Assembly (NCBI GenBank): GCA_963805625.1
Contig: CAWDVE010000018.1
Coordinates: forward strand, 32,001 to 96,000
Direction of reading: 5' to 3'
DNA from: an uncultured Candidatus Rokubacteria bacterium
GTDB lineage: Bacteria > Methylomirabilota > Methylomirabilia > Rokubacteriales > DASRDR01
DNA length: 64,000 nt
In this document: one piece after another, positions 28,990-38,688 of the stretch
Position numbering within the stretch: position 1 is the first letter of the stretch
Layout: the number at the start of each line of letters is the position of its first letter
Made by a program: the position numbers and the translations under genes
Notes under the pieces: model-generated
What the model saw: only the letters and a program-made list of their open reading frames with translations
Database searches by the model: none
What the model was told of the DNA's origin: nothing

Positions 28990-29682
28990 CGCAACAAGAA
29001 GGCCGGCCTGATGGCGAACGTGAAGCTCCGCCAGGCGGTGACGGTGGCGCTCTCCATGCAGCCGATCCTCCAGGTGACCGTTGGCAACCCCGATCTCTTC
29101 CAGCTGACGCCAAGCATCTACCCGAAGGGAACGTCCTGGTACTCCGAGGTCGGCGCCCCCTGGTACAACCAGGGCAACGCCGAGCGGGCCAAGCAGCTCG
29201 CCGCCGAGGCGGGGTACAAGGGCGAGCCGATCCGCTGGCTGACCAGCCAGCAGTACCCCTGGATGTACAAGTCGAGCGCGGTGGCGGCGGATCAGCTCAA
29301 GAAGGCTGGGTTCAACATCGACCTGCAGGTCTACGAGTGGGCCGGTGTGGTCGAGCGCCGGGCGAAGCCCGCGGAGTGGGAGATGTTCACCACCGGCCAC
29401 GGGTTCGTCCCGGATCCGGCGCTGATCGACCTGTTCAGCCCGACATACCCCGGCTGGTGGGAATCGCCCGCGAAGAACCAACTCCTGCAGGACTTCAACC
29501 GGGCCCTCGACCCGCGAGCCCGCGCCCAGATCTGGCAGAAGATGCAGGAGCTTGTGTTCACCGAGGGCGGCTGGGTCAAGACCGGCGACTTCTCTCGCAT
29601 CCGGCTCCGGTCGAAGACGCTGGAAGGGTTCGTGCCGGTGGAGATCGGGATGATCGTCTGGAACGTCTCCGTCGCGAAGTGA
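28990..29682 (+). pseudogene. Family-5 (peptide/nickel) substrate-binding protein, 5'-truncated
   Basis: Only the C-terminal ~230 aa (NVKLRQAV...AEAGYKGEPI...) is present; upstream sequence is unrelated. Confidence 0.8.
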
Positions 29683-29787
29683 CGGCCGACAGCTACCGGT
29701 GAGACCGCAGGGCGGGCTGCGGACGGCGGGGCCCGGGCCCCGCCTCCGCGGCCCCCATCCCCCGGCTCGACGCCGGGCGGCGGAGGG

Positions 29788-30735
29788 GTGGCGGTGACCT
29801 CGTACCTCGCCGGGCGGGTGTTGGCGCTGGTGCCCGTCCTGCTGGTGGTCGCCGTGGTCGTCTTCCTCATCGCGCGGTTCACGCCGGGCGACCCGATTCG
29901 CGTCCTCCTCGGCGAGGACGCCCGCCCGGAGCAGGTCCAAGCGCTCCGGCAGCACCTCGGCCTCGACGCGCCGCTCCCGGTGCAGTTCGCGCTCTGGCTC
30001 GGGCGCGCCCTCCAGGGCGACCTGGGGCGCTCGCTCTTCAACCGCCTCCCCGTCACCCGCACCATCGCCCAGCACGTCGGTCCGACCGCGATGCTGTCGC
30101 TCCTGGCCCTGTCGGTGGCGCTGGCGATCGGCATCCCGATCGGCATCGCGTCGGCGGTCTACCGCAACTCCTGGCTCGACCAGGCGAGCCTGACCCTCGT
30201 CATGCTGGGCGCCGCCGTCCCGAGCTTCTGGCTGGGGCTCACGCTGATCGTCGTCTTCGCCGTGAACCTCGGGTGGCTCCCCTCCTCCGGGTTCCGGCCG
30301 CCCGACGAGGGGCTCTGGCGAAGCGTGCGCTATCTGATCCTCCCCGGGATCGCGCTCGGCGTGCCCAACTCCGCGCTCATCATCCGGTTCGTGCGCGGGA
30401 GCCTGCTCGACGTCATCGCGACCGACTACGTGCGCACCGCCAGAGCCAAGGGGCTGGCCGAGCGCGCGGTCATCTTCCGCCACGCTCTGCGGAACGCCCT
30501 GGTGCCGATCCTCACCGTCATCGGCCTCACGTTCGCGGCGCTGATGGGCGGCGCGGTGGTCACGGAGACGGTGTTCAGCATCCCCGGCATGGGGCAGCTG
30601 GTGGTCTCGTCGGTGCTGCGGCGGGATTACCCCGTGATCCAGGGCGTAACCCTGATCGTGGCAGCGTCCTACGTCCTCATCAACCTCCTGGTGGACGTGC
30701 TCTACCTCGTGGTCGACCCGCGGGTGAAATACTGA
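29788..30735 (+). CDS. Peptide/nickel ABC permease (DppB-like)
   Basis: PGDP, GDLGRS, DYVRTARAKGL, RDYPVIQG. Confidence 0.93.
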   Translation: MAVTSYLAGRVLALVPVLLVVAVVVFLIARFTPGDPIRVLLGEDARPEQVQALRQHLGLDAPLPVQFALWLGRALQGDLGRSLFNRLPVTRTIAQHVGPTAMLSLLALSVALAIGIPIGIASAVYRNSWLDQASLTLVMLGAAVPSFWLGLTLIVVFAVNLGWLPSSGFRPPDEGLWRSVRYLILPGIALGVPNSALIIRFVRGSLLDVIATDYVRTARAKGLAERAVIFRHALRNALVPILTVIGLTFAALMGGAVVTETVFSIPGMGQLVVSSVLRRDYPVIQGVTLIVAASYVLINLLVDVLYLVVDPRVKY

Positions 30736-31610
30736 TGGCCGAGCGCGCCCTGGCCATCAGGTCCCCGGCGCTCGCCGGCGCCCGCCCCGGGATCGGGACG
30801 CTCGTCCTCCGGATGGTGCGGCAGCGCCGCGTCATCGGCCTGGGCGGCCTGATCCTGCTCGTGATGCTCGGCATGGCGGCCGCCGCCCCGGCCCTCGCGC
30901 CGTACGACCCCCTGGACATCCAGCCGATGGAGCGTCTGCGCCGGCCGGCGGCGGCGCATCCCTTCGGGAGACATCCTGAGCCGCGTGATCTACGGCGCCC
31001 GCCTGTCGCTTCTCGTCGGCGGGCTGGTGACGCTGCTGGCCATCGCGGTGGGGACTGTGATCGGCTCGTCGCGGGATGGAGCCCGCGCGCCGACCGCACC
31101 ATCATGCGCGTGATGGACGGCGTGATGGCCTTCCCCGACATCCTCCTGGCCATCGCCCTCATGGCCGCGCTCGGGCCGAGCGTCCGGAACGTGGTGATCG
31201 CGCTCGCCTTCGTCTACACGCCGCGGGTCGCCCGCGTGGTCCGCGCGTCGGTCCTGGTGGTCGTCAACCAGGACTACGTGGACGCCGCGCGGGCGATCGG
31301 CGCACGGGGCCGGCGCATCCTGGCGCGTCACGTGTTCGCGAACTGCGTGTCCCCCATCATCGTCCAGGGGACGTTCGTCGCGGCCTACGCCATGCTGGGA
31401 GAGGCGGCGCTCTCCTTCCTCGGCGTGGGGGTGCCCCCGGAGACGCCGACCTGGGGCGGGATCATCGCGATGGGCCAAGTCTATCTGAGCCAGGCGTGGT
31501 GGATCAGCATCTTCCCGGGCGCGGCGGTGATCCTGAGCGTGCTCGCCCTCAACCTGGTCGGGGACGGGCTGCGCGACTTCCTGGACCCCCGCCTTCGCTA
31601 CGCGGCATAG
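30735..31610 (+). pseudogene. Peptide ABC permease (DppC-like) with two compensating frameshifts
   Basis: HPFG lacks TDxxG; DILSRVIYGARLSL...TVIG lies in another frame at about 30968-31064 and the frame is then restored. Confidence 0.8.
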
Positions 31611-32039
31611 GACCGGGCGCGCAGACGTCGGCGCCGCGCGGCCGGAAGGAGCTTCCCCCGCCATCACGGGGGCCGGTGCCGATCCTCGGCGACGGCCGAC
31701 GTCCCGAGAGCCATCTCCCCCACACCGAGAATGGTTTCGCGCGGTGTGCCAGGGCCGAGGGGAGGTTGAGCGTCGTTCCGGCACCCCGCACTGTCCCGGT
31801 ACCCGGGTAGAACGGCGCCCGGTGCACCGGCCGAGGTCGGCCGCTCCGTCAGCCGCCGAAGGGCTTCGACGATTCGGAGGATGACCAGGAAGACCTGAGC
31901 GAGCCTAGCCCGCCGTTGGACTAGAGATCCCGAGCGGCGATGGTCACGCTGGTTCGGGCTGTCCCGGACGGGACACAAGCGAGGTTCGGGACACTGCTGC
32001 CGCCGACGGGGGCAGGAAGCGGCCGGCGAGGCATCGGGC

Positions 32040-32118
32040 CTTATGAGGAGTGCGATCTCGTCCATAAGCCGGTTGACGCAAGTCCGTGCCCTGTACAGAA
32101 TCCAGGGCATGTCGTCGA
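32040..32118 (+). repeat. Third copy of the upstream att-arm, without rnpB core
   Basis: CTTATG-N17-CATAAGC...AAGTCCG...GTACAGAATCC...TCGTCGA aligns with 3975-4052 and 5106-5184. Confidence 0.75.
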
Positions 32119-32126
32119 GGCCGTGA

Positions 32127-32432
32127 ATGAGCACCCCTGAACGCCCGATCTGTAGTCTGTGCAAGGCAGTGGCGGTGACCCTCAGGGGTGGTGGCGTCGT
32201 CCACTGGGAACGACAGGACACCCCCGACCTCCACTACATGACGACGGCGCCGGCGATCCGGCGCCGACAATGGGCCGGCGAGGATCGGGTCGCGCGGCTG
32301 CGCGAGCAGATCGACGCGATCACCAAGGCCGGTCGTGTCGCCTGGGTCGACGTCAAGGACAACGGGGACTTCGTGCTGTATCAGGCCCCGCACGGGACCG
32401 TCCCGGTCAACATCCCTCGAACCCCCAGGTAA
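32127..32432 (+). CDS. Hypothetical protein with CxxC
   Basis: 101 aa, CSLC, plausible composition; no family recognised. Confidence 0.45.
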   Translation: MSTPERPICSLCKAVAVTLRGGGVVHWERQDTPDLHYMTTAPAIRRRQWAGEDRVARLREQIDAITKAGRVAWVDVKDNGDFVLYQAPHGTVPVNIPRTPR

Positions 32433-32490
32433 TCGCATCCGACCAACTCCGCGCTGGCCCGGACCAGGGATCGGCGGGCAGCCACCTGCT

Positions 32491-33342
32491 TCATCCGAGA
32501 CCCACCAGCTCCAGTGGACGTTCGTGGAGGATCTGGTCGATCAGCTCTGGCGGGATCGGCGGGAGCCCCACGCCGTCGCCCCAGTCGTTGATGGCCTGGA
32601 AGGCCGCGGCGGCCTCCCGTGTCGTCATCACCGGAAAGTCCGAGCCGAACAGAAGGCGGTCGGTCACCTTGTACTCGATCGCCGCCCGGAGGCCGTTGTA
32701 GAGCTGCCACCGGCGGTGAAAGCGCGCCGAGAGGTCGGCGAACACGTTCTCGTTCTTGCGCATCAGCATCACCGTCTCCTGCATCATCGGCTGCCCGAGA
32801 TGCGCGACGATCATGCGCAAGCGGGGAAACGCCCGGCCGACCCGGTCCAGGAGCAAGGGGTTGCCCCACTCGAGCGCCGCCTCCGGGTCGTAGGCGCCGC
32901 CCATGTGGAACATGACCGGGACCCGGAACGCGTCGGCCATCTCGTAGAGGCGCCAGGCCGCCGGGCTCCAGGGATCGAATCCGTGGTAGACGGGGGAGAG
33001 CTTCAGGCCGCGGAGACCGAGCGTCGTGACGCTCCGCTCGAACTCGCGCGCGGCGGCCCCGTCGTTCGGGTCGACTGCGGCGAAGCCGACCGCCCGCCCC
33101 GGGTACCGCGCGACGTACTCGGCGATGAAGTCGTTCGGGATGCTGCGGCCCCACTTGGTCGGCATCTTGATCACGACGAACTTCTCGGCCCCGCCGTCGG
33201 CCACGCTCCGGCGGTGGTGCTCCGGCCAGGCCTCACCGCCCATCACCCCGCGGGTCTGCAGCGCGGCCTGCGCCTCGGCGCCGATGTGCTCCGGCAGATA
33301 GCAGTGGGTGTGCCAGTCGATGAGCTGCCGCAGGGGGGGCAT
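32491..33342 (-). CDS. Amidohydrolase_2 family protein
   Basis: IDWHTH, GLKL, FHMG, AHLGQP, LFGSDFP. Confidence 0.92.
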   Translation of the reverse strand: MPPLRQLIDWHTHCYLPEHIGAEAQAALQTRGVMGGEAWPEHHRRSVADGGAEKFVVIKMPTKWGRSIPNDFIAEYVARYPGRAVGFAAVDPNDGAAAREFERSVTTLGLRGLKLSPVYHGFDPWSPAAWRLYEMADAFRVPVMFHMGGAYDPEAALEWGNPLLLDRVGRAFPRLRMIVAHLGQPMMQETVMLMRKNENVFADLSARFHRRWQLYNGLRAAIEYKVTDRLLFGSDFPVMTTREAAAAFQAINDWGDGVGLPPIPPELIDQILHERPLELVGLG

Positions 33343-33371
33343 CTCCGTGCGAGCGGGCCGTGAGCGGACGC

Positions 33372-34562
33372 TCAGCGCCCGGCGGCGCGGTCCCGGGCTC
33401 CGGAGGGCGTGGCGGCGGGGGGAGCAGTCTCCATCGGCCGGCGGAAGGCGGGCATCACCTTCGTCGCGAAGAGCTCGAGGTTGCGCAGGATCAGCCGCTG
33501 GGGGATCCCCGGATGCGCGTGCTCCACGAGCAGGGACTGGAGACCGCACACCTCGGCCAGTTCGTGAACCCGCTCCGCCACGTGCTCCGGAGGCCCGACC
33601 AGAAGGTTTCGCGGCTCGAGGAACTCCCAATCGAGCTTCGTGCCGGGCTCGAGCTCCTCGCCCGGGTTCGTGAATACCTCGCGCCCGCGGAACGGATCGT
33701 TGTAGATGAAGGCGGACAGGATGGGTGCCTCGGCCTCACGGCGGGCGGCCTCCATCGTCGGCGCCACGTAGAGGTTCCGCAGCACGGCCTGGCCCGACGA
33801 CGGGGACACCGGCCGGCCCTCGATCCGGGACCGGATCTCCGCGTAGAGCTCCATGCGCTGCCGCACCCGGCGCGGCGGCGGCTGCCAGTAGCAGGGCTGG
33901 AGCCCCAGCTCGGCGGCGAAGCTGACCGAGCGGTCGGTCGACACGGTCATCCACAGCGGCGGATGCGGCCGCTGGAAGGGTTTGGGCGTGACGCGCAGCT
34001 TCAGGACCCGGTCGCCGTCCTGCCACGCCGGGTCCGCCGGGTAGCGCGGATGCGCGAACCGAGTGTCGGGGGCGGGGAACGTGTAGTTCGGGCCCGCGTG
34101 GGCAAACCGCTCCTCGGTCCAGGCCTTCCGCACGATCTCGACGGTCTCGCGAAAGAGCTCGCGGTTCTCCTGATCCTTCCGCGGGTCGGCGTGTGGATGG
34201 AACTGCGGGCCCTCGTAAGGCCAAATGCCGCGGCCGAAGCCGACGTCGACCCGGCCCCGGGTGAGATTGTCCAGGATGGCCAGGTCCTCCGCCAGCCGGA
34301 TCGGATGCCACCAGGGGGCGATGTTCGCCATTTGTCCGATCCGGATGCGGCGCGTCCGCGCCGCCAGGTCGGCCCCCACCAGGATCGGATTCGGAAGGTC
34401 GCCGAGACCGTAGGGGCCGAAGTGATGCTCCCCCATCCACACCGCGTCGTAGCCGAGCTCCTCCGCCAGGACGACCTGCTCTCGCAGGTTGTCGAGCAGG
34501 TCCGCCGGCGTCTCGGCGCCGCCGTCACAGTCGTAGAGCGTGGTGAAGAGGCCAACCCGCAT
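33372..34562 (-). CDS. LLM-class flavin-dependent oxidoreductase
   Basis: AEELGYDAVWMGEHH, HPIRLAED, PKPFQRPHPPLW. Confidence 0.93.
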   Translation of the reverse strand: MRVGLFTTLYDCDGGAETPADLLDNLREQVVLAEELGYDAVWMGEHHFGPYGLGDLPNPILVGADLAARTRRIRIGQMANIAPWWHPIRLAEDLAILDNLTRGRVDVGFGRGIWPYEGPQFHPHADPRKDQENRELFRETVEIVRKAWTEERFAHAGPNYTFPAPDTRFAHPRYPADPAWQDGDRVLKLRVTPKPFQRPHPPLWMTVSTDRSVSFAAELGLQPCYWQPPPRRVRQRMELYAEIRSRIEGRPVSPSSGQAVLRNLYVAPTMEAARREAEAPILSAFIYNDPFRGREVFTNPGEELEPGTKLDWEFLEPRNLLVGPPEHVAERVHELAEVCGLQSLLVEHAHPGIPQRLILRNLELFATKVMPAFRRPMETAPPAATPSGARDRAAGR

Positions 34563-34744
34563 CAGGGCCCTCCTGGCCTGGGGACACGCGAACCCGGCGT
34601 CTCCGCCGGGAACCGCTCCAGCTGCCCGTCCCGATCCACGACCACCGCCCCGAATGGTGTCTGCCCCCGGGTGATGGCGGCCTCGGCCAGCTCGAGGGCG
34701 CGCACCATGAAGACCGCGTCCTGTCGCTCTCGCGCCTGGCTCAT
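34562..34744 (-). pseudogene. Nucleoside/guanine deaminase (TadA-like) with internal deletion
   Basis: FMVRALELA...GQTPFGAVVV present; HAE and PCxxC zinc motifs missing. Confidence 0.7.
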
Positions 34745-34772
34745 CCCGGCGCTCACCGCCCCTGCCCGCTCG

Positions 34773-35421
34773 TCAGAGCGGCCACTCGCGCTCCGCGCGC
34801 CAGGTGACGCCGTCACGGTAGTCGTAGTACTTCGTCCGGCGCAGGACCGCCTCTCCCCTGCCGCGGACGCCCCCCGGCAGGATACCCTGGTGGAGCCGCA
34901 CGTCGGTGTAGTGGCGGGGCGCGAGCTCCCGCGCCGCGTGGGCGTGACGCTCGCTGACGCGCCAGTGCTCGCGCGCCTCGTCCCCGTCGAGGAGGATCAG
35001 GTTGCCCCAGTCCCCGTCGCCGAGCTCGAGCGAGCTGTAGCTGAGGATGCCCGGATGGCCGGGAAACTCCTGGATCAGCTCCTCGTCCCGGACGGTGAGC
35101 GGCGTGCTGTCGACGTCCCGGCGCTTCACCGCGAAGAAGCCGACCCAGGCGAGGTCCCGGCCGTCTCCCAGTCGGCGCGCGTCGCAGATGATCGCCCGGT
35201 GCGCCCGGCCCATCCGTCTCGTGCCCCGCGAGCACGAGCGGGTACGGCCCCGCCGGCAGGGCGGCCGCGCTGATCTGATACCGGATGTTGTCCAGCATCA
35301 GCCCGACCGCCGCCAGGTCCCTGGTGGTCCGAGCGGGATCCGTGAACCCCCGGCCGACCGCGGTCTCCCGCGGCGCCAAACGCACGCAGTCGTCCACCGC
35401 GCCCTCCGTCGCGCCGATCAT
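34773..35421 (-). pseudogene. Hypothetical protein split by a 1-nt frameshift near 35210
   Basis: N-terminal ORF (..GHETDG) and C-terminal ORF (RAHRAII...GILSYSSLEL...HW) abut in different frames. Confidence 0.6.
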
Positions 35422-35495
35422 TCCTGGCCCCGGCGGGCCTTGTCAACGGGCCGACCGCCGGACCGTAGCCAACACCCTGGGTAGAATGAGGGGCG

Positions 35496-36300
35496 ATGCT
35501 CCGCCTGGCATCCTTTCTCGCCGAGAACGCCCGGCCGCTCTACGAGCGGATCGCAGGCTATCTGGCCGACCGGCTGGGCGGTCCGGTAGAGCTCCTGGCC
35601 GGCGTACCCGGGGAGGAGCAGCACCGCCGGCTCGACGGGGGCGCCATCGACGCCGCGTTCATTTGCGGGCTTCCGTACGCCCGGAAGCACGATCGCCCGG
35701 ACCGCCCGATCGAGCTCCTGTGCGCCCCCGTGATGGCCGCGCCGCGCTACGCCGGGGTGCCGGTCTACTTCACCGATGTGGTCGTCCGGCGGGACCATCC
35801 GGCGCGGACCTTCGCGGATCTCCGCGGCCACGTCTGGGCCTACAACGACGAGGGCTCCCACTCTGGGTACAACGTCGTGCGGCACCACTTGCTCGCCCTC
35901 GGGGAAACGCGGGGGTACTTCGGCCGGGTGGTCGCCTCGGGCGCGCACCAGCGCTCGATCCAGATGGTCCTGGACGGCACGATCGACGCGTCCGGCATCG
36001 ACAGCACGGTGCTGGAGACCGAGGCGGCCCGCCGACCGGAGCTCGAGGCGGAGTCTCCGCACGATCGCCGTGATCGGACCGAGCCCCATTCCCCCGGTCG
36101 TCGTGGCCCGCGGGCTCGACCCGTCACGTAAGGCACGCCTCCGAGAGCTCTTCCTCGGGATGTCGGCGGACCCCGCGGGGCGCGCCGTCCTCGCGGAGGG
36201 CCGGATGGCTGGCTTCGTCCCGGTGCGGGACGCCGACTACGACCCGATCCGCGAGATGGCCCGGCGGGCCCAGGCGGCGGGCTTCCTCACGCTGCGCTGA
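35496..36300 (+). pseudogene. PhnD/SsuA-type substrate-binding protein, frameshift near 36051
   Basis: AFICGLPY, NDEGSHSGYN, GAHQRSI; continues in another frame as SLRTIAVIGPSPIPP...DADYDPIR. Confidence 0.8.
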
Positions 36301-36332
36301 GAGGCCGCGAATCAGTCCTTCGCGGGGCGGCG

Positions 36333-37577
36333 TCAGCTGAGGAGCTTCGCGTCGAAGGGGTAGGTGCAGAGGAGCTCGCAGCCCGACGCCGTCACCACCA
36401 CCTGGTCTTCGAGCTTGACGCCGAACGGGGCTCCGACCTTGCCCGCGTAGCACTCGAGGTTCAGGACCATGTTCTCCTTGAGCTCGCGCTGGGGCAGGAT
36501 GCGTCGCGGCCCGCGGTCGTCGTCCACGTACGGGATGCCGGGGCCCTCGTCCTCGAGCCCCGCCTGGTGGACCATGCCCGGGTAGCGCATCGCGCGGTAG
36601 GCCTCGGGCAGCTTCGGCGCCTGCGCGGCGAACTCCGCGAACGTCATCCCCGGCCGGACGAGCTCGACCATGCCGGTCACGCAGTCGTAGGCGACCCGGT
36701 ACGCCTCCTTCTGCGCGGGCGAGGGATCGTCCCCGCAGAGGAAGGTGCGCGAGACGTCGATGACGTACCCCTCGTAGCCGTTGGCGTCGGTGTCGACGCC
36801 GACCAGGTCGCCGGGCTGGACGATCTTGTCGTGGGCCTCGGTGAGCCACGGGTTCGTGTTGGTGCCGGACGCGACGAGGCGGGTGAAGAGAAACTCACCG
36901 TGGCGCCGGAGGAGCGAGTCGCTCAGCACGGCGAGCAGCTCGTACTCCCGGATCCCCGGACGGATGGCCGCCTCGAACTCGGCCAGCATCGCGTCCCCGA
37001 TCCCGCCGTTCACGGCCATGAGCTGGACCTCTTCCGGGGTCTTCACCTCTCGGGCGTCGACCGTCGCCGGGCTCGCGTCGGCGAGCTGAAACCCCTCGGC
37101 CTGGAGCGCCAGGAAGCCGATCGTGTCCAGGCGGTCGACGCCGATCCGCTCCCGGTCCAGGCCCATCTCCCGCAGCACCGAGCGGAGCGACTGGGCCCAC
37201 TCCCGGGCCTTGGCGGCCGACTCCACTCCGCCGAACTGCCAGGTGAACGCCGTCCGGACGTCCTGGACCAGCTTCTGGGCGACGTGGACCGACCCCTTGT
37301 ACTCGAACAGCACGGGGGGGCCCTCGGCCGGCACCACGCAGTACCGGGCGAAGGTGCCGGCCGTCCAGACGCCCATCACGTCGACCCCGGTCGCGTACCG
37401 GATGTTCGCCGTGCCGTAGAAGAGGCACACCGGCAGATCGTGGCGCTTCATCATCGCCTGCAGCCGGGCGAGGCGCCCGGCGCGCAGCGCGCCGAAGTCG
37501 ATCTCGGAGAGGTTCGGCACGCGCAGCGCGCTGACGCGGGGGCGGGCGGCCAGGGCGCGGCCTCGCTCGGTGATCAT
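36333..37577 (-). CDS. M24 metallopeptidase-family protein, DddP-like
   Basis: NIRYATG, RLVASGTNTNPW, DTD...DVSRT, HQAGLEDE, GVKLEDQV, YPFD. Confidence 0.85.
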   Translation of the reverse strand: MITERGRALAARPRVSALRVPNLSEIDFGALRAGRLARLQAMMKRHDLPVCLFYGTANIRYATGVDVMGVWTAGTFARYCVVPAEGPPVLFEYKGSVHVAQKLVQDVRTAFTWQFGGVESAAKAREWAQSLRSVLREMGLDRERIGVDRLDTIGFLALQAEGFQLADASPATVDAREVKTPEEVQLMAVNGGIGDAMLAEFEAAIRPGIREYELLAVLSDSLLRRHGEFLFTRLVASGTNTNPWLTEAHDKIVQPGDLVGVDTDANGYEGYVIDVSRTFLCGDDPSPAQKEAYRVAYDCVTGMVELVRPGMTFAEFAAQAPKLPEAYRAMRYPGMVHQAGLEDEGPGIPYVDDDRGPRRILPQRELKENMVLNLECYAGKVGAPFGVKLEDQVVVTASGCELLCTYPFDAKLLS

Positions 37578-37749
37578 GCGTACGGCTCCTTTCGGTGACG
37601 GGTTCGCCTCCCGGGGCAGCGCCGGCGGCGGCCACGCATGGCCCCGGCAGTATCGGCGAGGGAACCGGGGCCGATAAGGGGCACGTTGCGGCACGGCGCC
37701 GCGCCGCACTACAATGTGGGCGCCCCGCGGCGACAGAGACACCCCGGCG

Positions 37750-38688
37750 ATGGCACGCTTCTGCCTGAAGCACTTGCTCGCCCTGACCACCACGCTCCTC
37801 GTGGTGTCATTCCTGGTCTTCGCCCTCAACGAGTTCTCCCCGGGGGACGTCGTGCGGAAGATCCTGGGCGCCTACGCGACCCAGGAGCAGGTGGCGCACC
37901 TGACGAATGAAATGGGCCTCGACCGGCCGGTCATCGTGCGGTACGTCGAGTACCTCAGCAAGCTCGCCTCCGGCGACCTGGGCTTCTCGACCAGGTTCAA
38001 GGTGCCGGTCCGGCAGATCATCTGGGACCGGCTCCGGAACACCCTCGTCCTGGCCGCCATCGCGTTCGCGCTGATCGTGCCGGTCTCGATGCTCCTCGGT
38101 GTCCTCGCCGGCATGCGGGAGGGCTCCTGGCTCGACCGCGTGATCCTCGTGTTCAGCACGGTGTCCGCCTCGGTGCCAGAGTTCGCGATGGGGGTCTTCC
38201 TGGCGAGCATCTTCGTCGTGGGGCTCGGATGGCTGCCGGGCACCGCGACGCTGGTGGCCGGAGGCGGCTGGTCGGTGGCGTCCCAGTTCGTCCTCCCCGT
38301 CGCGGTCATCGTCCTCTACGACGCGGGGTACGTGGTCAGCATGATCCGGGCCTCCATGGTGGAGGTGATGCAGCGGCCCTACATCCGGACCGCGGTGCTG
38401 AAGGGCATGGCCTTCCGGTGGGTCGTCCTGGGTCACGCGCTCCGGAACGCGATGATCAACCCCGTAACGGTGATCTGCCTGCAGCTCAGCTACTTGGTCT
38501 CCGGGGTGGTCGTGGTCGAGACCGTGTTCGCCTACCCGGGATTCGGCCGCATGATGCTGGAGGCCGCCCTGTTCAAGGACATCGCGCTCATCGAGGCCGG
38601 GGCACTGGTCGCGGTCGGCGTCGCGATCTTCACGCAGATCCTGGGCGACCTCGCCTACATGCTCCTCGACCCGAGGATCCGCGCGTGA
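37750..38688 (+). CDS. Peptide ABC permease (DppB-like)
   Basis: GDLGFS, PYIRTAVLKG, ETVFAYPG. Confidence 0.93.
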   Translation: MARFCLKHLLALTTTLLVVSFLVFALNEFSPGDVVRKILGAYATQEQVAHLTNEMGLDRPVIVRYVEYLSKLASGDLGFSTRFKVPVRQIIWDRLRNTLVLAAIAFALIVPVSMLLGVLAGMREGSWLDRVILVFSTVSASVPEFAMGVFLASIFVVGLGWLPGTATLVAGGGWSVASQFVLPVAVIVLYDAGYVVSMIRASMVEVMQRPYIRTAVLKGMAFRWVVLGHALRNAMINPVTVICLQLSYLVSGVVVVETVFAYPGFGRMMLEAALFKDIALIEAGALVAVGVAIFTQILGDLAYMLLDPRIRA

